Source: Gemmatimonadales bacterium
GTDB lineage: Bacteria > Gemmatimonadota > Gemmatimonadetes > Gemmatimonadales > GWC2-71-9
NCBI GenBank assembly: GCA_041615815.1
Contig: JBFJCP010000011.1
Span: forward strand, 32,001 to 96,000
Reading direction: 5' to 3'
DNA length: 64,000 bases
In this document: piece after piece, positions 46,042-55,973 of the stretch
How positions within the stretch are numbered: the stretch's first letter is position 1
Layout: the number at the start of each line of letters is the position of its first letter
Made by a program: the position numbers and the translations under genes
Notes under the pieces: generated by a model
Told to the model about the DNA's origin: nothing
Seen by the model: only the letters and a program-made list of their open reading frames with translations
Database searches by the model: none

Positions 46042-46742
46042 AGGACCCTACCGCCTTCGATTTCGATGGAGACTACGGCGCGGGTTACGAAGACCTCGCC
46101 CGAACGGTCATACCCGGATACGATCAGGTTTTCCAAAGCGTGCTTGCAATCTTTCGGCGCCAGCTCGAGCCCCTGGCACAGATTCTGATCGCTGGCTGCG
46201 GGACCGGAAGAGAACTCGCCACGCTGGGACCGGCACATTCCGGATGGAGGTTCGTGGCGGTCGATCCATCCATCGAGATGGTGAGAGTCACGGCCGATCT
46301 CGTACAAAGACAGCAACTGCAAACCCGCGTTCGCCTGCACCACGGGTATGTCCACGACCTTCCCCCTAATGACAGGTATGACGCGGCGACGATCATCAAC
46401 GTGCTGCACTTCCTCCAGGACGATGGGGAAAAGCAAGCGTTGGTGAATAGCGTCTCTACCCGACTTCGTATAGGCGCACCGCTCGTCCTCTTCGATCTCC
46501 ACGGGGATCCCATGAGCGTGGAGTTTCGAACGCTTCGCGACGCCTGGTACGAGTTCATCGAGCTTCGCGGTCTCACTGCCGACAGCAAAGCCCGGTTCAT
46601 CGATCGACTCGACCGCGGAATTGCCTACGTGCCCGAGACGAGGATTCTGGACATCTGTCGCGACGCGGGGCTGGAGTTGCGAGCGCGGTTCTACGGGGGA
46701 TTTCTGTATGGCGGCTGGCTCCTTGCGCGCGGTGCCACGTAG
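46038..46742 (+). CDS. Class I SAM-dependent methyltransferase
   Basis: IPGYD, LIAGCGTGRE, VDPS.EM, VLHFL.DDG.K; GTGA overlap. Confidence 0.9.
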   Translation: MKDPTAFDFDGDYGAGYEDLARTVIPGYDQVFQSVLAIFRRQLEPLAQILIAGCGTGRELATLGPAHSGWRFVAVDPSIEMVRVTADLVQRQQLQTRVRLHHGYVHDLPPNDRYDAATIINVLHFLQDDGEKQALVNSVSTRLRIGAPLVLFDLHGDPMSVEFRTLRDAWYEFIELRGLTADSKARFIDRLDRGIAYVPETRILDICRDAGLELRARFYGGFLYGGWLLARGAT

Positions 46743-46874
46743 ACCTAAGGCGCGCCATCCGAAATGGCCTAGCGACCGGCTCGGCTGGCGGTGCTTCCGT
46801 GAGACAGATAGCTTCTCTCGCGCCGAGCTCGTGACGCGTATGTCATAGGCAAGAGACCGCACGCGGAGAGAGGG

Positions 46875-47144
46875 GTGAAGCGACTCAAGGGTGTGACGCT
46901 GACCTTACTGATCCTCGGGGTGATCCTATTTCCCCTGGGGATCTACTTGTTTACGGCGGGTGCGCCGGTTCGGGCCGTAGCGACGCTTCTCATCGGCCTG
47001 GGGCTATTGCTCATCGGAATGGCATATGGACGCAGGCATCCGACGACGCAAGTGCCGGACAAACGCGCACAACTCATCGGTAGCGTGGCACTCCTCGTGG
47101 GCGCCATCCTCCAGTTGGCGGCAGCATTCGGGCTCTTTGAATAG
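46875..47144 (+). CDS. Small 3-TM hypothetical protein
   Basis: Purine-rich SD, three hydrophobic segments. Confidence 0.6.
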   Translation: MKRLKGVTLTLLILGVILFPLGIYLFTAGAPVRAVATLLIGLGLLLIGMAYGRRHPTTQVPDKRAQLIGSVALLVGAILQLAAAFGLFE

Positions 47145-47163
47145 GTTCTAGAGGGCAGACCGG

Positions 47164-48651
47164 TCAGGAGCGCTGCAGAGCCTCCCGGCCGGCGTGTGTT
47201 CCGGCGATCCGACCAAAGACGGCTCCGGACATCAGACCACTCCCCCCGGGGTAGTTCTCATAAAACAAACCGCCCACCAACTCGCCGGCGGCGTAGAGGC
47301 CGGGAATCGGCATGTCCGTTCGGTCCAGCACACGGGCGGACGTGTCGATGCGAAGGCCTCCGTAGGTAAACGTGATCCCGCACTTCACCGGGAATGCGAC
47401 AAACGGCGGCCGTTCCAATCGCAACGCCCAATTCGATTTTTGGGGATCGATACCGCGGGTCTGTTTGCCATCCCGTACGTGCGGATCGAACGGTCCGTCT
47501 TGCACGGCCGTATTGTAGGTCGTGACCGTCTCGAGAAACGCAGTTCGATCGATTTCGATTTGCGCCGCAAGATTCTCGATCATGTCGGCTTCGAATCGCG
47601 TGCACTCCTCGTGAAAGTACTCGGACCTGAGCAGGTGCCGAACCTGCCCGTCGAAGACCTGGAAGGCGACGCCCCCCGGCTGTCGCAGAATCTCTCGCCC
47701 GTAACGCGCATAGGTGTAGTTTCGAAAATCCGCCCCTTCGTCAACGAATCGGTGGCCGTCTCGGTTGACGATAATGCCAAACGGATAAGAGTGTTTCTTG
47801 AAGACGTCGCCCGGCTTCGTGAAGTCCCCCACCGGTGGCGCGTTCACGTCCGTCGCCACCGCATGACATCCTCGCCAGTCTCCACAGGGTTGAGCGCCCA
47901 CGGCGAACGCCATACGAAGCCCGGCGCCCTGGTTGAACGGACTGCCGCGAACGATTGCTCCGCGCCACCCGGACCCCAAATGGCGCTCGCGTTGGTCTGG
48001 GTTCGCTTCAAAGCCGCCGCACGCCAGGACAACACAGCGGGCGCCGACCGTCACCGGTCCCCGGGGCGGCCCCACGTGGACCCCGGTGACCTTCCCGTCG
48101 AACATCTCGAGGCCTACCGCCGGGGCCGTGTCCCAGACCTCGATGCCAAGTGACTCCACTCGAGACAGGAGCGCGCCGATCAGCCCCGTGCCCCTCCCTG
48201 CCGTTCTGAGCATCAAGCCACCCCAGAAGCGATGCTTGCCCGCGATCTCGAATGCCTGATTGTCGAGTATCAACTCGAATCGGACTCCCTGCTCGGACAG
48301 CCACCGGATGGTTGGGTACGAGCGGTTTGCCAAGAGTCGCGCGAGACGGCGATCGGTTTTTCCGTCAGAGACCCGGACGAGATCGTTTTCATACTGTTCC
48401 GCCGTGTACGGAGCCGCGTCCACTCTCCCAGCCAATTCACTCGTCAATGCGGGAACGAGCTGCTCAAGATCTGCGAGATGGCGGAAGGCTACGCGAACGG
48501 CACCATCCGTAAAGTAGGAATTGCCACCCAATTGGTTTCTGGGTGCGGCCTCGAGCACGAGCACGCTGGCTCCTTGTTCACGAGCCGACAGCGCAGTGCA
48601 CAACGCCGCATTGCCGGCACCAACAACGATTACGTCCAGGCCCCGCTTCAT
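47164..48651 (-). CDS. tcuA: FAD-dependent tricarballylate dehydrogenase TcuA-like flavoenzyme
   Basis: VIVVGAGNAAL, GGNSYFT.G, LACGGFEAN, RFVDEGADFRNYTYA, GITFTYGGL, GGLFYENYPGGSGL..GAVFGR. Confidence 0.85.
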   Translation of the reverse strand: MKRGLDVIVVGAGNAALCTALSAREQGASVLVLEAAPRNQLGGNSYFTDGAVRVAFRHLADLEQLVPALTSELAGRVDAAPYTAEQYENDLVRVSDGKTDRRLARLLANRSYPTIRWLSEQGVRFELILDNQAFEIAGKHRFWGGLMLRTAGRGTGLIGALLSRVESLGIEVWDTAPAVGLEMFDGKVTGVHVGPPRGPVTVGARCVVLACGGFEANPDQRERHLGSGWRGAIVRGSPFNQGAGLRMAFAVGAQPCGDWRGCHAVATDVNAPPVGDFTKPGDVFKKHSYPFGIIVNRDGHRFVDEGADFRNYTYARYGREILRQPGGVAFQVFDGQVRHLLRSEYFHEECTRFEADMIENLAAQIEIDRTAFLETVTTYNTAVQDGPFDPHVRDGKQTRGIDPQKSNWALRLERPPFVAFPVKCGITFTYGGLRIDTSARVLDRTDMPIPGLYAAGELVGGLFYENYPGGSGLMSGAVFGRIAGTHAGREALQRS

Positions 48652-48697
48652 GCCACACGACCTCGACGCGAAAGGATGAAGAGCATCGGCGTTTCGA

Positions 48698-49201
48698 TCA
48701 GAGAAGGCCAAGCAGCTGAAATGGGGCAATCGCGCTGGCCGGCCACCTGAGTCCCAGAACGTTCCCCAAGACCACCAATAGGATGATTATCCCCGCACCG
48801 GCAAGAACGGCGGTGTGCCATCGCACTCGACCTTCCCGAGACAGAAATACCCCGACGAACAAACCGCTTGCCACCACGAGACCCGCAACCCAGACCGCGA
48901 CCAGATAACCCCCGATCCAGATCAGGAACGGCAGCACTCGAGGGAACTGTTCGCCTATCGTGGCTGGCCGCATCACCTCTCGGTCTCCGGGCAACGATGG
49001 TTGGACCGGCCCGCTCCGAGCCCTCGAATGAAAAGCCAACAGCTCCCAGGCAGTAATCAGCACCCCCACCACGCCGACGACCAGCGGATAGGTCCGCGCT
49101 CGTGGTGGGAACCCCAAAGAGGCCACCGCCGCTCCCCCGAACACGAGCAAGAGAATACCCAATGCGACGATCTGCTCGCGGTCTGCGGGCGACAGCCTCA
49201 T
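48698..49201 (-). CDS. TTT transporter small membrane subunit (TctB-like)
   Basis: About four TM helices; 4-nt overlap with tctA; position in operon. Confidence 0.75.
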   Translation of the reverse strand: MRLSPADREQIVALGILLLVFGGAAVASLGFPPRARTYPLVVGVVGVLITAWELLAFHSRARSGPVQPSLPGDREVMRPATIGEQFPRVLPFLIWIGGYLVAVWVAGLVVASGLFVGVFLSREGRVRWHTAVLAGAGIIILLVVLGNVLGLRWPASAIAPFQLLGLL

Positions 49202-50670
49202 GAAGACACCCTGCCTCGGTTCAATCGGATGCCAGTGACGGTCAGCGCCGCCGTTACGATGCCGATTCCAACGACCGCTGGGTGGAGCAGCCACTCCCAT
49301 CCGTACCGAGTCGTCGAGATCCACAAGGTCCGCTCGACCGTCATGGCCAACACGAATCCGATCAGCAACGGGGGTAGCGGAAATTCCAGACGCCGTAGTG
49401 CCCACCCAGCGAGCCCGATCACGACGAACGCGACGAGGTCCCCCCAGCTGCGGGTGCTTTGATAGGCACCCGTGAGCATGATCACGAGTAGAAATGGCGC
49501 CAAGCGAGCAGCGCGGACTCGGGCAAGCTTCGCAACGGCGCCCGACATGGCCATGCACGCCGTAGCGCCAAGCACATTGGCCAGCGCCAGTGTCCAGACG
49601 ATGAGCAAGGTGACGTTGAGGTCGCTTCGCAACATACGCGGACCCGGTTGCAAGCCCAGTAATACAAACCCACCGAGGAGCACCGCCGTCGTTCCACTCC
49701 CCGGGATACCGAACAGCAGGGTGGGAATGAGTGCGCCTCCCTCTTTGGCGTTGTTGGAGCTCTCGGGCGCAATGACTCCGCGGATGTCGCCTTGTCCGAA
49801 CTCGCTCCCACGTACGGTCTGCGCGGCGACCCCATAACTGATCCAGTCGACAACACTCCCGCCGAGGCCGGGGATGAATCCAACGACTACGCCCAGAATC
49901 GCGGAGCGTAGGACCAGCAACTTTTCTCGAATGACATCACGCACGCCCATGAGCCACCCACCGCCGATGCGTTGGATCTGCGAACCGGCGATGCTGGTTC
50001 CGGATGCGAGAAGATCCAATAGCTCGGGGAGGGCGAACAGGCCTAGCGCGAGGACCGCCAGCGAGACGCCGTCCCACAGATACATCTGACCGAAGGTGAA
50101 TCGATAAAACGGTGTCGTCGGTGCAGCGCCAACGGCTCCCAGCAGAAGTCCCAGCGTGGCCATCACCATGCCACGGAGGGGCCGTTTGGCCGCAAGGATC
50201 CCGACCATGGATAAGCCGAGCACCGCGAGCATTAGAAGCTCGGGCGACCGGAAGGCGAGCACAATGGGGCGCGCGACCGGTAGGATGAGGAAAAGCGTTA
50301 TGGCACCGACCAAGCCACCGATCATCGAGGCAAAGAATGCGGCGCCGAGCGCGCGTGCCGCTTCGCCGCGGCGCGCGAGCGGATACCCGTCCATGATCGT
50401 CGCCTGTGACCCGGACGACCCGGGCACACCCAGCAAGACAGAGGGAAAGGTGTCGGCGGTGTGCACGACGGCCGCCATGCCAATGAGCAGCGCGATGGCC
50501 GGTCCGGTCTCCATGCCGAACACGAACGGCAACAGAAGTGACAGGCCAACAGTTCCCCCGAGACCCGGAAGGATTCCCACGAGGATACCGACCGAAACCC
50601 CGAGTACCATAAAACCAAGACTCGTGGGCTGCAGTAATGCTACGAGCGTCTCGAGTGCGAGCTGCAACAT
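49198..50670 (-). CDS. tctA: TTT transporter large permease TctA
   Basis: GILPGLGG, LLGVPG, DGYPLA, GVIAPESSNNAKEGG.LIPTL.FGIPGS, GLQPGP. Confidence 0.93.
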   Translation of the reverse strand: MLQLALETLVALLQPTSLGFMVLGVSVGILVGILPGLGGTVGLSLLLPFVFGMETGPAIALLIGMAAVVHTADTFPSVLLGVPGSSGSQATIMDGYPLARRGEAARALGAAFFASMIGGLVGAITLFLILPVARPIVLAFRSPELLMLAVLGLSMVGILAAKRPLRGMVMATLGLLLGAVGAAPTTPFYRFTFGQMYLWDGVSLAVLALGLFALPELLDLLASGTSIAGSQIQRIGGGWLMGVRDVIREKLLVLRSAILGVVVGFIPGLGGSVVDWISYGVAAQTVRGSEFGQGDIRGVIAPESSNNAKEGGALIPTLLFGIPGSGTTAVLLGGFVLLGLQPGPRMLRSDLNVTLLIVWTLALANVLGATACMAMSGAVAKLARVRAARLAPFLLVIMLTGAYQSTRSWGDLVAFVVIGLAGWALRRLEFPLPPLLIGFVLAMTVERTLWISTTRYGWEWLLHPAVVGIGIVTAALTVTGIRLNRGRVSS

Positions 50671-50674
50671 CGCC

Positions 50675-51733
50675 TCAAAACCTCACGTCGTGTTTCTCAC
50701 GTAAAAACGTCATGAGCCACTCACGCGCAGTCGGGGATAGCTGCGATGTGACGGAAAAGATGGCTTCGACGTCACTGCCCGCGTAGAACTCGTAGCCGCC
50801 GAGGAGCCTGGTGGCGAGCTGCTGAAACGAAGGATCGGCTATCGTTGCGCGAGCCGTCGCGATGAGGGCATCGATACGCTCTGGTGGCGCATCGTCATGG
50901 GTCCAGAGATTCTTCTGCGCAGTAAATCCGGCAACCAGCGCAGCTCGATATGCATCCCACGCAGCGCCCGCAGGCGCTCGGCCGCGGCAGAGCTCATAGG
51001 CTTCCGCCATGCTCGGGAGTTTGTTGAAAACGGGATCGCGGACGACTCGCCCCTGGGCATCGAGCATGCCGAATGAAAAGAGAGGAATCGCCGAACCCTC
51101 GTCCACAAGCGGCTGGACATTGGACAAGTAGGCGGGGGATGTCTGATAGTCGAGGTTCGTCTCGCGTTGCTCGAAGGCCACTCGCGCCGCGCCTTTGCCC
51201 TCATAGCCGAGGATGGTAAGGACGTCGAGCCCCAGAAACTCGAACGCGATTAGTGGTACCATGTCCAGGCCAGTCGGCGAGATCCCTCCATAGATCAACC
51301 GCTGATTCGTGCCACAGAGATCGTTTACGTTCGCGATGCCAAGCTCCGAGGAGACATAGACCACGCCACCGACGGGTGAGCCCATGATCCCTCGCATCTC
51401 CTTGAAGTCGTACTGGACGGCACGGAGGCCAAGCAGCGCTGGGAAAACGTTCGAACCGCTGGAGATAAAGAGACTGCGCCCATCGTGAGGGCGGCGCACG
51501 GCGAACTCGTTTCCTCCCTGGACCCCGGAGGCTCCTGGGATGTTGAACACCTGAATACGCACGGGCTCGGAGAAATGTCTTTGAAAGAACGGTGCGACGG
51601 CACGAGCCCATTGATCCGACCCACCACCTTCACGGAACGGAACGATGAACTCGACGGTGGGGAGGCGGTCGCCAACGCAACCCCACACGATCAACACAAC
51701 CAAGAGCGCCAAGCGCGGACCGACGCGTGCCAA
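50675..51733 (-). CDS. TTT substrate-binding protein (TctC/Bug-like)
   Basis: Signal peptide; FIVPF..GGGSD.WAR, NIPGASG..G, GY.G...AR.AFE..E. Confidence 0.85.
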   Translation of the reverse strand: MARVGPRLALLVVLIVWGCVGDRLPTVEFIVPFREGGGSDQWARAVAPFFQRHFSEPVRIQVFNIPGASGVQGGNEFAVRRPHDGRSLFISSGSNVFPALLGLRAVQYDFKEMRGIMGSPVGGVVYVSSELGIANVNDLCGTNQRLIYGGISPTGLDMVPLIAFEFLGLDVLTILGYEGKGAARVAFEQRETNLDYQTSPAYLSNVQPLVDEGSAIPLFSFGMLDAQGRVVRDPVFNKLPSMAEAYELCRGRAPAGAAWDAYRAALVAGFTAQKNLWTHDDAPPERIDALIATARATIADPSFQQLATRLLGGYEFYAGSDVEAIFSVTSQLSPTAREWLMTFLREKHDVRF

Positions 51734-51770
51734 TTCTTCTCCTGCAAATGGAGGATCAGGGGGGCGGGCG

Positions 51771-51800
51771 ATAGTAGAGGGATACCCGACCCTCCGTCAA
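51771..51800 (-). promoter_or_regulatory. Sigma70-type promoter of the TTT-tcuA operon
   Basis: Minus strand TTGACG-N18-TACTAT upstream of SD AGGAG and the start at 51733. Confidence 0.6.
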
Positions 51801-51862
51801 GCTACACATTCCCTTCTCACGCACGACTCCACATCATTCACCGCGGAGCAGGGACGCGAACG

Positions 51863-52339
51863 ATGACTCCGGATTTAGCGGCGTGGCCGCCCTCACGTGA
51901 GGGCATCGAACAGGCACTGCTGGCGCTCAACCGGTTGCGGATGGCGGAGCCGCTTGTTGCTCGCTCGCTGGATCACGCCTTGGAGCCCTTGTTCCGGGCC
52001 TCCACGCATCTCATCGTCTACGGCAGTCTCGCACCAGGGCGGCCGAATCACGGTCAGCTGAGCGCCCTCCAGGGCCATTGGACGGCAGGGTGGGTGACGG
52101 GCGCCCTGATGCAACACGGGTGGGGCGCGGCACGTGGCTACCCGGCCCTCCGGTGGTCGCCGGGCGGCGATCGCGTCCCAGCCAGTCTCTTCGTCTCGCT
52201 CGACCTCCCGCATGCGTGGCCGCGGCTGGACGAGTTCGAGGGTAGCGACTACCGGCGTATCCTCGTTCCCTTCTTTCGTGGTGAGCGGCTTGTCGCCGTG
52301 GGGAATCTCTATGCCGCCGCCGAGCTGGGTAGCCGATGA
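51863..52339 (+). CDS. Gamma-glutamylcyclotransferase family protein
   Basis: VYGSLAPG.PNH, GWGA..GYP, LDEFEG..YRR. Confidence 0.85.
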   Translation: MTPDLAAWPPSREGIEQALLALNRLRMAEPLVARSLDHALEPLFRASTHLIVYGSLAPGRPNHGQLSALQGHWTAGWVTGALMQHGWGAARGYPALRWSPGGDRVPASLFVSLDLPHAWPRLDEFEGSDYRRILVPFFRGERLVAVGNLYAAAELGSR

Positions 52340-52415
52340 CGAGCGGTCTGTGAATCCCGAACGGCGGGACATATTGATTACGTTATCGGTAGGCTCCTGG
52401 AGAAAGGACTGCGGC

Positions 52416-52736
52416 ATGCCGTTTACCGAGCTCGACAATCTGCCAGAGAAGGAGCCCGTTCGCGGATACCACGGGCGTTTCATCCATACCGACTCCATGA
52501 CGCTGGCCTATTGGCGTATCGACGCCGAGGCGGAGATTCCCGAGCATTCGCACCCTCAGGAGCAGGTGGCGTCGGTGATCGAAGGGCAATTCGAGTTGGT
52601 CCTGGATGGCGCGTCTCGCATCATGGGGCCAGGCTCCATCGCTGTCATTCCTTCCAACGCCCCACATTCGGGTAGGGCGGTGACGAATTGCCGCATCATC
52701 GACGTGTGGCACCCTGCCCGTGACGACTATCGCTGA
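52416..52736 (+). CDS. Cupin domain protein
   Basis: PEHSHPQEQ...V.EG and IPSNAPH cupin motifs; SD AAAGGA. Confidence 0.9.
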   Translation: MPFTELDNLPEKEPVRGYHGRFIHTDSMTLAYWRIDAEAEIPEHSHPQEQVASVIEGQFELVLDGASRIMGPGSIAVIPSNAPHSGRAVTNCRIIDVWHPARDDYR

Positions 52737-52745
52737 GGTGATGTC

Positions 52746-53315
52746 ATGAGCGCCCGAGCCCACTCACCCTACTGGTACAGCCTTCTTACCGCTGTTTTCT
52801 TCCTGGGCGTCCTACCGAAACCCGACGCAGCTGCGCAGGAGCCACTCGAAGCCCGCGTCGCGCGCCTGGAAGCGCGCGTTCAGGCTCTCGAGAACGCCTT
52901 GGCCCGTCTGACCGGTACGGCAGGAGCAGCCCAGCCAACGGCGGGCCAGCCGGATCGGTCTCCGATCATGGTGACGTTGACCGGCAAGGAATTCTACAGC
53001 GGGTCGCCGCAAGACCAGATCCTGCTCCGGCTCCAATTCCGAAACGGTCTGGCGAAAGCGGTTCGCGCTTTCACCGGTCACGTCGTGTTCGAAGACCTCT
53101 TTGGACGGGAAATTCTCAGAGTCTCCGTGACCGTGGAAGAGCAGGTGAACTCCGGTGGCGTCGTTGGTTGGAGCGGCGGGATCGATTATCGGTCTTCGGT
53201 TCCGGAGCACGAGCGGTTACGCACCATCGAGGCGAACGCCCTTACCACTCGGTTCATCGTCGACATGGTCGTGTATCCCGACGGGACGCGAGAACGGTTT
53301 CGGGGCCGTCAGTAG
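52746..53315 (+). CDS. Exported hypothetical protein with coiled coil
   Basis: Signal peptide ending AAA-QE, LEARVARLEARVQALE, beta-rich C-terminal domain. Confidence 0.75.
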   Translation: MSARAHSPYWYSLLTAVFFLGVLPKPDAAAQEPLEARVARLEARVQALENALARLTGTAGAAQPTAGQPDRSPIMVTLTGKEFYSGSPQDQILLRLQFRNGLAKAVRAFTGHVVFEDLFGREILRVSVTVEEQVNSGGVVGWSGGIDYRSSVPEHERLRTIEANALTTRFIVDMVVYPDGTRERFRGRQ

Positions 53316-53585
53316 GCCCTTCAAGGGCATACGGTGGTTGGAACTCGTCTTGCGTGACGACGTGCGCCCGACCACCTCGCGTAACGGCCCACTGGGTCTC
53401 GCCGCTGCCACGCGACATTCTATTGGTGTCACTCAATGACATGTCCCCATGATCCCCGCCGGTCAGCGCCTCGGGTGTTGCCACTCCCGCTGTAGAAGTT
53501 GCCAAGCGTCGCCATGCCGGAGATCCATGACAGATTCCGCATCTCGGCAGTGGGTGGCAGTGGGTGGTAGGATCCTGCAGCGGTC

Positions 53586-54536
53586 ATGAAGACGACACTG
53601 GGATCGACCGGAGTGGCTCGCGTACTTGTCGTGCTGGGCCTTTCGATAGGCGGGTGTTCTGAGAAGCCCGAATCGGTGAAGCTCTCCCGCACTGGGTTCG
53701 TCGAGCGGGACGGCGCTCGGCTCCGTTATACCGTCGCCGGGAATGGGGTACCCCTGATCGTGATTCCGGGGGGACCGGGCTTCGGCTACACCTATTTGTA
53801 CGACGACCTCACGCGTCTCCTCGCCGACCGGTACCAGCTCGTGTTCTATGACCAACGGGGCAGCGGGGGTTCGAGCGGCGGCGAGGATTCCCTACGACTG
53901 ACGATGGCAGCCTACGTAGCAGATCTCGACGCCCTGAGAGCCGCCGCAGGAATCCAGCGCGTCAACCTCCTCGGTCACTCGTTTGGTGGGCTGCTCGCGA
54001 TGCACTATGCCATGGCGCACCCGAATCGGGTGGCATCGTTGATTCTGATGGACTCCGACCCCGGGAGCTGGACGCTGTGGAGGCAGTTTTCAACCGTGAT
54101 CGAGTCGCGTCGCGTCGATACCGATACTCGCGCGCTCCGAGCCATCCAAGCGGTCTCCGGCTGGGAACGTCGTCCTCAGGACGTGGAGCGTTATTTTCGA
54201 GTGCTCTTGCGACCCTACTTTGTGGACGGATCACACGCCGAACGGCTTCGGTTTGGGTTTGATGAAAGATCGGTGCTGCAGCGAGAGCTAACCTATCGTC
54301 ACATCCGTGACGATCTGGGACAGTGGGATATCCACAGCGACCTAAAGAGTATTTCCAGCCCCACGTTGGTGGTGTATGGTGCGGAAACAATCTTCCCTCG
54401 AGAAGCGGGCGAGAGACTTCGCGCGGGTATCCCCAAGGCTCGGCTCGTGGTCATCGACGCCGCCGGACACTTCCCTCACATGGAAGCACCCGATACGTTC
54501 ACCGCGGCCGTCCGGCAATTCCTACGGCCGCGGTAG
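53586..54536 (+). CDS. Alpha/beta hydrolase lipoprotein, proline iminopeptidase-like
   Basis: Lipobox-like IGGC; PGGPG, YDQRGSG, GHSFGG, AGHFPH. Confidence 0.88.
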   Translation: MKTTLGSTGVARVLVVLGLSIGGCSEKPESVKLSRTGFVERDGARLRYTVAGNGVPLIVIPGGPGFGYTYLYDDLTRLLADRYQLVFYDQRGSGGSSGGEDSLRLTMAAYVADLDALRAAAGIQRVNLLGHSFGGLLAMHYAMAHPNRVASLILMDSDPGSWTLWRQFSTVIESRRVDTDTRALRAIQAVSGWERRPQDVERYFRVLLRPYFVDGSHAERLRFGFDERSVLQRELTYRHIRDDLGQWDIHSDLKSISSPTLVVYGAETIFPREAGERLRAGIPKARLVVIDAAGHFPHMEAPDTFTAAVRQFLRPR

Positions 54537-54537
54537 G

Positions 54538-55536
54538 TCAGTCCTCGTCGTCCTCCAATTCTGCGGGCGCCGGGTGCTCCGACCCATGGAGATCGAGAGC
54601 TTTGGCGCCAGCCAAGCCCACGATACCCGGCAGGTTCAACGAGTCCGCTAGCCCGGAAGGCACCACCATCAACGACCCCCGCTTTACGATGCTCTCATAG
54701 AGCATGTTCATGGCGCGCAGATTGAGCGCCACGGGATTCTTCCCGTAGCTTTCCGCCGCTTCGATGAACTTGGACGCGATCTCTGTCTCCGCGGTACCGA
54801 GAATGATCCGTGCCTGCCGCTCGCGCTCGGCCTGCGCCTGGCGGGACATCGCTTCCTCGAGGGCCTTGGGAATGATCACGTCTCGGATCTCCACGGACTG
54901 CACCTGTATGCCCCAGTCGTGCATCTTGCGATCCAGCGTCTCCTGCAACCCACGGCCTAACTCTTTCCGTGACTGAATCAATTCGGCAAGGTCGTGCTTG
55001 CCGATGGCGTCCCGGAGCGCGGTCTGGGCCGCCAGGATGACCGCCTGTTCGTAGTCCTGGACTTCGAGGGCGGCACGTTCGGCATCGTAGACGATCCAAA
55101 AAGCGATCGCGTCCACGTTCACGGGCACGGTGTCTTTCGTGAGACACGACTCGGCTCCGAAGTCTGTGGTGCGAATCCGCTGGTCGATGTGATAGGAGAT
55201 CCGGTCCACCACCGGCACGATGTAAAAGAAGCCTGGACCGCGCAGGCCCTGGTACTTCCCCAACCGAAGGACCACCGCTTTCTCCCACTGATCCGAGTAC
55301 TTGATGGAGGATCCAACGAACAATCCCGTGAGGGCCGACACAATGGGTGTCACCAGCACTCGAAACGGCTCCCAATCGATCGGAAGTAGCAGCATCACCC
55401 CAGCCATGGCCGCCGCGGCCACCAAGCCAGAGAGGGCGGCCACCACAGGATATCGAGTGTCATTCGGCGAGCTGTGCCCTCCAGTTCGCTGAATGCCTTT
55501 GGTCGTAATCACGCTTGGTAAGAAAGTCTCCGCCAT
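54538..55536 (-). CDS. SPFH/stomatin (slipin) family protein
   Basis: QWEKAVVLRLG, GPG.F.I.P..D, LTKDTVPVNVDA, AQTALR, AMSRQAQAERERQAR. Confidence 0.93.
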   Translation of the reverse strand: MAETFLPSVITTKGIQRTGGHSSPNDTRYPVVAALSGLVAAAAMAGVMLLLPIDWEPFRVLVTPIVSALTGLFVGSSIKYSDQWEKAVVLRLGKYQGLRGPGFFYIVPVVDRISYHIDQRIRTTDFGAESCLTKDTVPVNVDAIAFWIVYDAERAALEVQDYEQAVILAAQTALRDAIGKHDLAELIQSRKELGRGLQETLDRKMHDWGIQVQSVEIRDVIIPKALEEAMSRQAQAERERQARIILGTAETEIASKFIEAAESYGKNPVALNLRAMNMLYESIVKRGSLMVVPSGLADSLNLPGIVGLAGAKALDLHGSEHPAPAELEDDED

Positions 55537-55538
55537 GG

Positions 55539-55973
55539 TCAGCCGCCTCCAGCTCCGGTATCGCGTCGAGATGTGCGTAGATCCCCGAGCATCTCGATGA
55601 GCTCGTCAACAGTGAAGTCGAGGGCCTCAGCGTGCCCGATGAGATCTCGACAGAGTCGTTCGAGCTGCGATCGGCGCTCGAGCTCCGAACGATTGGGCTG
55701 GGAGAGACTGACGAATGTCCCCCGGCCCTGTTTGGACGTGAGGACGCCGAGAAGTTCGAGCTCCTCGTACGCCCGCTCAACGGTCTTGGGACTGATACTC
55801 AGGTCAATCGCGAGTTGACGCACGGTGGGCAGGCGAGCTCCCGTCTCCAACACACCGGTGATCACCTCGTGCCACAGCTGGCTGGCGATCTGACGGTAGA
55901 GGGGCTCCCGACCCGCCATATCCAGATAGATCGCCAAGCGTTGAGCCAGATCCGCACGAACCCTGTCGGCCAT
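55539..55973 (-). CDS. GntR family regulator, YtrA-like
   Basis: PLYRQI, LPTVRQLA..L.ISP.TV.RAY.EL, QGRGTFV, short C-terminal helix. Confidence 0.92.
   Translation of the reverse strand: MADRVRADLAQRLAIYLDMAGREPLYRQIASQLWHEVITGVLETGARLPTVRQLAIDLSISPKTVERAYEELELLGVLTSKQGRGTFVSLSQPNRSELERRSQLERLCRDLIGHAEALDFTVDELIEMLGDLRTSRRDTGAGGG

Noticed and set aside
46765..46850. attC-like structure (GCCTAGC...GCTCGGC/GCCGAGC...CATAGGC)
   Set aside because: Lacks the AAC/GTT core triplets and symmetric box spacing; no integrase nearby.
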